64,000 bases of DNA from a virus. The stretch spans positions 1 to 64,000 of IMG/VR virus record IMGVR_UViG_3300043419_000459. One strand, given 5' to 3'. Each line of letters starts with the position of its first letter. Position 1 is the first letter of the stretch. Under the pieces are notes generated by a model, which searched no databases, was not told where the DNA came from, and saw nothing but the letters and a program-made list of their open reading frames with translations. Position numbers and translations under genes: made by a program. Positions 58,501 through 64,000 of this stretch are shown here, one piece after another.

Positions 58501-59531
58501 TTATTTTGTGTAGATTTTCCTTTTGCAGTATCTATTTTACCCTGTGTGGTTGCTCCTTTATTAACTGGTTGACCAGGTTGAGATGGTTTGGGTTCATTTA
58601 CAGGTGCATCCGATGGGCCCTTTGCCATCTTTTTTTGTTTTTCTGCTTCCGCTTCTGCGGGTGTCAATGCTCTTATATCATCACCATCCGATTTATGAGT
58701 TGCTGGTTGGTCTTTGCTTTTTGCATAATATCCACCACCCAAATGTACCAACCCCATCTTTTTTGCATTAGATTCTTCTGCAAAATATTGTTTAGTAAAT
58801 TCTTGAAATAATTCTTCCGTAACTACTTGATTTAACAATTCTGCAATTGGGTCATATGGGTTTAATTCATATGCACTAACCAATTCCGTTACCGAACCGC
58901 TTGGTGCACCATTTATGTATCCTCCAGGTAAATTCAATCCAACTCCTATTCCTCCTGGAAATCCTTCATTTAATTTGGTTGTTATCATTTTGAAAATATC
59001 TTTATCGAATTTTGGATATGCTTTAAGAAAGAACTTTTTAGCTTTTTCTTTATCATTACTTCCCAGTCCATTTCTTACATCGGTACCACTAATTGGATTT
59101 GCTTCTGCAGGGATTGGATATGTATAACCAATTTCATCATAACCATATCCGGCTTTACCTCTATATGGTTTGAAATATTTACCTTGTAATCTCGATGCAT
59201 CCTTTTCACCTACTGCAGCAATATATGCAATAGTTTGGCCATCATATTGTTTTAATATTTCAACAGGTCTATATGGATTGTTTACTTTTACAAATTTAGA
59301 AGAAGGAACTCCAAACATTTTGGTTGCAATTTCTTTCTTTTCTTTAAATGAAAAAGGAGACTTATCGGATGATGTATCGTTTGATGTTGCAATATAAACA
59401 TTTGCAGAACCAAATTTATCTACTAATCTTTGATATGCATCGTGGTGTCCTCTATGGAATGGTTGAAATCTACCAGCGTATACAACAACTTCACCTTCTA
59501 TAATTGGTTTATTTACTTCGTTTAAATTCAT
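55545..59531 (-). CDS. multi-domain protein: cytidylyltransferase-like NTase, HExxH zincin-like domain and KxDG ligase-like domain
   Basis: GRFQPFHRGH and ISGT.VR; TIAHEMVHRKQ...ENQAH; GGAYGHMSHPFD..EKTDGQ...EGLVF...KLTG. Confidence 0.75.
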   Translation of the reverse strand: MNLNEVNKPIIEGEVVVYAGRFQPFHRGHHDAYQRLVDKFGSANVYIATSNDTSSDKSPFSFKEKKEIATKMFGVPSSKFVKVNNPYRPVEILKQYDGQTIAYIAAVGEKDASRLQGKYFKPYRGKAGYGYDEIGYTYPIPAEANPISGTDVRNGLGSNDKEKAKKFFLKAYPKFDKDIFKMITTKLNEGFPGGIGVGLNLPGGYINGAPSGSVTELVSAYELNPYDPIAELLNQVVTEELFQEFTKQYFAEESNAKKMGLVHLGGGYYAKSKDQPATHKSDGDDIRALTPAEAEAEKQKKMAKGPSDAPVNEPKPSQPGQPVNKGATTQGKIDTAKGKSTQNKSGEETQQIPPEQKLSGTELKSSAEMSPEDKKIAQTKEALDKARKEMSPEDNDIIDSHNNPQSPERKGMIDNVVNGVKNFGKGLKNWFVHKKEMVGGTMDGLTSIATTGKIGSVKDKDGKRRHWSEFAEVGRGGNPEYEYVETDEVDSHGKPTGNKVGEHRPKVSQYASDEEKQLFEASWKESKKQKKDMTHFAIDMGLILGSMALGGAGVGAIKAAAAGAGASSVGAAAAAGGAGAFTHGAAGFGVHLAKDIAKHASLEAMGMGAGQAAGVGAGLSTATLGLLEILKEGNEPNNNSKFASKFIGKVIEKMKTYKLSDEQLLKSIESYKKNKPKSDAADLIKENISESKQQSIQHFVEFATKRLKLKENPKISLVAGKEYGNVKSSLGGFDPITKEIYVATENRLTADILRTIAHEMVHRKQDEMGLVRNPMKDGADGSPIENQAHAVAGILMREYGRINKQIYNEDVSVDVDKGDEVLMGKFKNKKVTIKDIGKDSYGMPTINGKQATTFRKIDEMGNKDVHFMNIIKLYRNATFRKRINVYLFGRANMPANPNAVARALRNMGYDEITQMEKELNIQPNLNENLLLEGGAYGHMSHPFDDMDLTFGDLKNIITKALNGELGVVREKTDGQALAISWKNGRLIAARNKGHLQNAGANALGIEGVASKFAGRGGLTDAYNYAMKDLSAAISSLSQKQREKIFGEGKNFMNIEVIWPTSVNVIPYGQALLVFHNCIQYNESGVAVGQVDGAENILAGMIKQVNADIQSKYTIQGPPITSIPKNDNLSSKQGKYLSKLNRLQSEFGLKDSDNVADYHQSWWDWWITSNSPIKVDKLTKESLIRRWAFGDKTFRLNTISNPDLQKWAITQDKINVIKQQKDNIRPFEELFLGVGADVLEFVSSVLTIHPDKAIRSMKEKLNSVASQVRNGGDTSKIQKLKQELSRLNTLGGIDKIVATEGLVFFYNGKTYKLTGSFAPLNQILGIFYE

Positions 59532-59544
59532 ATGTATAAATATC

Positions 59545-60966
59545 TTAAATTAAACTCTTTTTACTATCTGAGAGGAAATTTAGGATTATTGTCATTTCTT
59601 TATTCGTAAAATCATTATTCCAACTATTTACGGCGTATTCTAAAAACAAATTTTGATTATATATACATATATCTTTAACATCATTTAAAAATTGGTCTTT
59701 TTCTTCTTTAGATTTTTTTGAAAATTTTTCAATTTCAATTTTAATCATTTCTAATCGTTTCATATCATCCAATTCCATATCATAACTTTCGTCAATATAT
59801 GGATGAAAGGTTTTATATCCAAATCTTTCTCTAATATGTTTTAATGATTTTGAAGGGCCTGCCAATATAAATGGTTGACAATGTCCAACTGGTTTCCATA
59901 TTTTTTCTGACAAATATCCGCTTGGAAAATTTACATCTTCTTGAAAGAAAACGGATTCGGTAACTATACTGACATATGTGTTTAAATATATGTCTTTATT
60001 TTCAAATCCAAATCCTGCAATTTTTGTTAAATCTTCTATGTCTAATAATGAAGAAGTTTCTGTAATTAATTTCAAAAACTCCTCATCATTATCATACATT
60101 AAAAATTCATTTTTATTTAATTGATATGAAAATTTATTGTCCCATGAAACTAAACTATTTTCAAATCCTAATTTCTTTAATTGACTTAATAAAAGTAATC
60201 TATGTAATTTCCAATGTCTATTTAGTAATAAAAAATCTTTTCTTTCGTTTCCAATACTTTGTAGAAATTCTTCGGATGTTACTATCGATGTTGGTTTTTG
60301 CTTCACTATACCAAATTGTGGTTCATATGAATCTTCACCCCAATATGAAAAATTTGGATTATTTATTGTATTATAAAATTCTTGAGCTTTACCAATCATA
60401 TTATAACTATAATCAATTACTTTATAATTTGCTCCTAATTTTTCTAAATTTTCTTTTAACTTAAAATCTGCAAATACAAAATAAACTTTTTCGTCATCTA
60501 TATTATTTTCTCTTGTAAATTTTATTAGTTTTTCAAAATTTTCAACTCTAAATGCAGTACCACCATCTATAACATAATTAATAAGTAATTTTCCATTTCC
60601 ACTAACTATCTCATCTAATGCAACTTTTGAAATATTTTCTAAAGAAAATTCATTATAAAAATTATCATTTCCAAAAAAATTTTCTAAACTTGCAAATGGT
60701 TCTATCGGATAAAACCATTCATAATTTATATTATTCTTTCTATCTTCCTTTATTTCATAAATTGATTTTTTATGAACAAAGTTATTATACATATTACTAT
60801 TATATAATACCCAACTATTATTCCATCTTTTTGCAAAATATTCCAATGAATCGGAAAAAAAGAAATCAGAAGCTTGATGTATTGTACTTAAAAATTTTGG
60901 ATTCATGCAATTGGGTTGTTCACCATTATATGTCATTACATCATATCCAAATATTACTTTTCTCAT
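59545..60966 (-). CDS. putative glycosyltransferase-related protein (GT10-like motif)
   Basis: SIVTES...YLSEKIWKP...PFIL.G...GYKTF...IDESYD. Confidence 0.5.
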   Translation of the reverse strand: MRKVIFGYDVMTYNGEQPNCMNPKFLSTIHQASDFFFSDSLEYFAKRWNNSWVLYNSNMYNNFVHKKSIYEIKEDRKNNINYEWFYPIEPFASLENFFGNDNFYNEFSLENISKVALDEIVSGNGKLLINYVIDGGTAFRVENFEKLIKFTRENNIDDEKVYFVFADFKLKENLEKLGANYKVIDYSYNMIGKAQEFYNTINNPNFSYWGEDSYEPQFGIVKQKPTSIVTSEEFLQSIGNERKDFLLLNRHWKLHRLLLLSQLKKLGFENSLVSWDNKFSYQLNKNEFLMYDNDEEFLKLITETSSLLDIEDLTKIAGFGFENKDIYLNTYVSIVTESVFFQEDVNFPSGYLSEKIWKPVGHCQPFILAGPSKSLKHIRERFGYKTFHPYIDESYDMELDDMKRLEMIKIEIEKFSKKSKEEKDQFLNDVKDICIYNQNLFLEYAVNSWNNDFTNKEMTIILNFLSDSKKSLI

Positions 60967-61092
60967 TTAAAAATTTTTATATATAAACGGGTCTCTTTTT
61001 TTAAGTTCTTCTAACTTTTTTTTGAGTTTTTTTTTCATTCTATAATTTTCGTACCATTTTACAAAAATAGAAATGATTGGTAATTTTTTCAT
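60967..61092 (-). CDS. small basic hypothetical protein (41 aa, ...LEELKKRDPFIYKNF)
   Basis: Manually translated; exactly fills the gap between the flanking genes. Confidence 0.65.
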   Translation of the reverse strand: MKKLPIISIFVKWYENYRMKKKLKKKLEELKKRDPFIYKNF

Positions 61093-61097
61093 AATAA

Positions 61098-61640
61098 TTA
61101 ATTTTTATAATACAATTCAGGCCATTCAACTATAATATGAACACCACCTTCATTATATGCATTGGTGTATACATCATAAATATCTTCTGATTTTTTTAAT
61201 TCCCACACTTTTGTAAATTGTAATATAGATTTGAATTCTTTAGTATAGTCGTTTCTATGTTGAATTCCTGGGTCTAATGGGTCTCTACTACCAACACCAA
61301 CTCTTATAATCACATTGACTTTTTTATCAGTCATATGTTCAAATTTATCCAAATGATTAATTAATTGATTTGCAGCTGAGACTAAAAAGTCCCATCTTGG
61401 GTAAAATGAAATTACACTCTTACCCATCATTGCCAATCCCAAACTCATTCCCATTTGTGTTTCTTCCATAACAGGAACTTCAATCATTTTTTCCTTTGGT
61501 ACATTTGTTAAAGTTGTACTCATTGGATTTCCCGCATAAACTATTTGTTGGCCAATAAAGATTGTATCTTCTTTTTCAGCAAGAAATGTCATTGCTTTAG
61601 TTAGTTCATCTTTATATGGTGACATTTGTGGTGTACTCAT
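61098..61640 (-). CDS. transketolase/pyruvate dehydrogenase E1-beta pyrimidine-binding domain protein
   Basis: IEVPVMEETQMGMSLGLA, DF...AANQLIN and QH; lacks the C-terminal domain. Confidence 0.8.
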   Translation of the reverse strand: MSTPQMSPYKDELTKAMTFLAEKEDTIFIGQQIVYAGNPMSTTLTNVPKEKMIEVPVMEETQMGMSLGLAMMGKSVISFYPRWDFLVSAANQLINHLDKFEHMTDKKVNVIIRVGVGSRDPLDPGIQHRNDYTKEFKSILQFTKVWELKKSEDIYDVYTNAYNEGGVHIIVEWPELYYKN

Positions 61641-62632
61641 TATGGTCTTGAATTTGGATTATATAAATGTTTATTTGCTTTATACCACTCAATTGTTTCT
61701 TTAAGAGCTTCTTTTAAATTTCTCTTTGGTTTCCATCCTAAATCATTAATCTTTTTAGAAGATAATAATCTAATAGGAATCATTGGTGCTTTATTATTCA
61801 CATATTCGATTGGATTTGTATTGTTATCCAATTCTTTAATCGTTGCAAGTGTTTCGTTTACTGTAAACCCTTCACCATAACACACATTAAAGATGTCATA
61901 TGTATCATTATTTTCTGCTACAAATATAAACCCATCAGCCATATCTTCAACGTGTAGTAAATCTCTTACTTCCGTACCATCACCCCAAACTGGGATTGGA
62001 TTTAAACCATCTGCTACTTTACGAATATTTGCAGGGGTAACATGACATTTTTCAAAATCAAATTTATCATTAGGGCCGAATGCGTTTGAAGGTCTAACAA
62101 TTAAACACTGCATTGGATTGTGAATTTGATTAGAGAAAAAATCACATAACATTTCACCATATCTCTTCATGCCACCAACTGCTTTATAAACTGGTAACAT
62201 TGGGGTAGCATGAACATTAATATCTTCGGTACAAAACTCACTTCCCATATCAGGATAAGTTGTATTAGATGATATGAATAAAAACTTTCTAACTTTGTTT
62301 TTCCAACTTTGTTCCATTAAGTTTACATTCATTTCCACATTTGGAGTAACGTGTAATAGTGGATTAAATTTGGTATCCAATGCATTTGATGTATTAGCTG
62401 CACAATGAAATACAACGTCTACATCTTTACTAATTAATTCACAAAACTCTGCGGTTTGTAAATCACCTTTAATATGTTCTACTTCCGATGTTCCTTCAAA
62501 ATCGTTTCTTAAATCTCTACTAAATGATGTTGAACGTAAATTTCTATATCCTTTTTCGTATAGTAATCTTAATAAATGTGAACCGATAAATCCACTTGCA
62601 CCTGTAACTAAAATTTTGTCTGTTTTTTTCAT
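61640..62632 (-). CDS. NAD-dependent epimerase/dehydratase (GDP-fucose synthase-like extended SDR)
   Basis: VTGASGFIG, HCAA, RPSN.FGP.D and VWGDG..RD..HV.D; start placed at MKKTDKIL. Confidence 0.85.
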   Translation of the reverse strand: MKKTDKILVTGASGFIGSHLLRLLYEKGYRNLRSTSFSRDLRNDFEGTSEVEHIKGDLQTAEFCELISKDVDVVFHCAANTSNALDTKFNPLLHVTPNVEMNVNLMEQSWKNKVRKFLFISSNTTYPDMGSEFCTEDINVHATPMLPVYKAVGGMKRYGEMLCDFFSNQIHNPMQCLIVRPSNAFGPNDKFDFEKCHVTPANIRKVADGLNPIPVWGDGTEVRDLLHVEDMADGFIFVAENNDTYDIFNVCYGEGFTVNETLATIKELDNNTNPIEYVNNKAPMIPIRLLSSKKINDLGWKPKRNLKEALKETIEWYKANKHLYNPNSRP

Positions 62633-62637
62633 ATAAT

Positions 62638-63675
62638 TTATTTTAAAATATCCCAATTAAATACCACATCTTCAACAAATTTTTTGGTTAATATGGATGA
62701 TGTGTGACCATACCAACTTCTTTCTAAATATTTCTTTTGTTCATCTAAATTCATACCATTCATTTCTCTCCATAATACTTTTGGTAAATCACCTTGCATA
62801 TTATAGTCAAAATTTCTAATACTCCATTCAATTAAACCACCAAACAAATGTAATGAATTTTCTTCAAAATACCAAAAATATTTTTTAAAATCAATTTGGT
62901 CTGCATATGATTTAACATACGAATTATCAAATTCTAATTCTTTTTGTTCCCACGTATCACAAATATCTTTATTTTCTATAATACATTCGTATATTGATTT
63001 TTCTTTTGAGGTATGATAATATGGTGGTGTTTTTCCTTCACTCAAATATTTTTTACTAAAATTATTACTCATATTGAAGAACTTAATTTTAGTTATACCA
63101 TTTACTTCTAAAAAATTTAAAAGCATTGTAATATATTCAAACCATTCAAAGTATCTCTCTGTATAAGTCATTACACCATCTAACCATTGAAATACTACTG
63201 GGTCTACATTGATTGGATTGTTTGTTGGATTATATCCACCGGTTAGGTGAAAGTATCCATGTTCATATGGTGAAGTCTTATCTTTACCCGTAATTAAATA
63301 ATCGGTAGTGTGAGCCCAGCTTTCGTTGTTTCTTTCGTATCTAATTTTTGGATTTATTGGATGATATTTTTCAGGTGTAATAAAAAAAGAATTTCTTATT
63401 AATGTTGTAAATTGTGCAATAACAATTATATCATCCGGAGATACACCACTTTTCAATAAATCATTTACTTTATATATTATAGAACGAACAATACTTTTAT
63501 TATCATGTGTTATTGCACCATAATTATGCAAAGTATGAGTATCTTTTAGATATTCTTGTAACCAATTTGCCCAAGTCCAATCTTCAACTGGGTCGTTTTC
63601 CCATCTTCTTTCATCACCAACATTAATTCTAAAATTATTGGTGAATGAACATCCAGATACTACTATGTGTTTCAT
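62638..63675 (-). CDS. hypothetical protein (SGNH-like GCSFT motif)
   Basis: VVSGCSFT start and C-terminal GH. Confidence 0.55.
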   Translation of the reverse strand: MKHIVVSGCSFTNNFRINVGDERRWENDPVEDWTWANWLQEYLKDTHTLHNYGAITHDNKSIVRSIIYKVNDLLKSGVSPDDIIVIAQFTTLIRNSFFITPEKYHPINPKIRYERNNESWAHTTDYLITGKDKTSPYEHGYFHLTGGYNPTNNPINVDPVVFQWLDGVMTYTERYFEWFEYITMLLNFLEVNGITKIKFFNMSNNFSKKYLSEGKTPPYYHTSKEKSIYECIIENKDICDTWEQKELEFDNSYVKSYADQIDFKKYFWYFEENSLHLFGGLIEWSIRNFDYNMQGDLPKVLWREMNGMNLDEQKKYLERSWYGHTSSILTKKFVEDVVFNWDILK

Positions 63676-63999
63676 TTAAATTAATTTTTTTAATTTTTTT
63701 ATTGATTTTAATTTTTCTTCTTCTATTTGCATCTGAATTTTTATTTCTTCCTTCAATGCTTCCAATCTTTTTGTATCTTCTTCAATTTGCTTTTGTAGTT
63801 CTTTTTCTTTCTCTTTTCTGATTTTTTGTATCTTACTTTCTATGTCTGTTCTATTTTCTTCTATAATTTTATTATTAGTATATTCAATATCCTTTTCAAT
63901 TTCCATTTTTAATTTATGCAAATTGTTTCTATAATTTTTTAATTGTATTTCAAATACACTATTATATTTTAATTCTTTTATTTTTTCATATAAAAAATC
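63676..63999 (-). CDS. hypothetical protein, 3' part (frame open to window end)
   Basis: No stop upstream of the TTG used by the ORF track; coiled-coil tail ending KKLI. Confidence 0.6.
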   Translation of the reverse strand, partial: DFLYEKIKELKYNSVFEIQLKNYRNNLHKLKMEIEKDIEYTNNKIIEENRTDIESKIQKIRKEKEKELQKQIEEDTKRLEALKEEIKIQMQIEEEKLKSIKKLKKLI

Positions 64000-64000
64000 A

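Noticed and set aside
61098-61640. Auxiliary metabolic pyruvate dehydrogenase
   Set aside because: Only the pyrimidine-binding domain is present, and the sugar-epimerase context favours sugar tailoring
34-61880. Numerous plus-strand ORFs in the track (e.g. 10897-11652, 19138-19962)
   Set aside because: All lie antisense to well-supported minus-strand genes and have no recognisable motifs; they are shadow ORFs

Overview
This AT-rich window is part of the genome of a large T4-like myophage. All credible genes lie on the minus strand and use the standard genetic code. The host is very likely in the Bacteroidota, based on a Bacteroidota-type ribosomal protein bS21 and TTTG-N19/20-TAnnTTTG promoters. 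In transcription order (right to left) the window holds: a sugar-nucleotide/glycosylation cluster; a 1328-aa multi-enzyme protein; terminase, portal and prohead protease; several putative internal head proteins; a bS21 gene missed by the ORF track; scaffold, major capsid, neck and tail completion genes; about 24 kb of Ser/Thr-rich modular fibre and tip genes interleaved with glycosyltransferases; sheath, tube, tail chaperones, tape measure and baseplate; a PhyH-like dioxygenase; and a small family-A DNA polymerase. The most notable signals are: (1) a twice-repeated [S74 fibre]-[glycosyltransferase]-[tip protein] unit with a TibC/Aah-like protein O-glycosyltransferase, suggesting a self-glycosylated virion; (2) fibre genes with matching N-terminal LKR/RRG domains and C-terminal D-x-G-x-F/Y tags, suggesting head-to-tail chained fibres; (3) a tip protein with an intein-like Hint domain; (4) two candidate programmed frameshifts; (5) modular proteins punctuated by gp21-type x-x-E sites; (6) a phage bS21 followed by a structured leader before the scaffold-capsid operon; and (7) a recurring ATATTTAT(A) upstream motif. 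Family assignments come from reading motifs by eye; no database searches were run.
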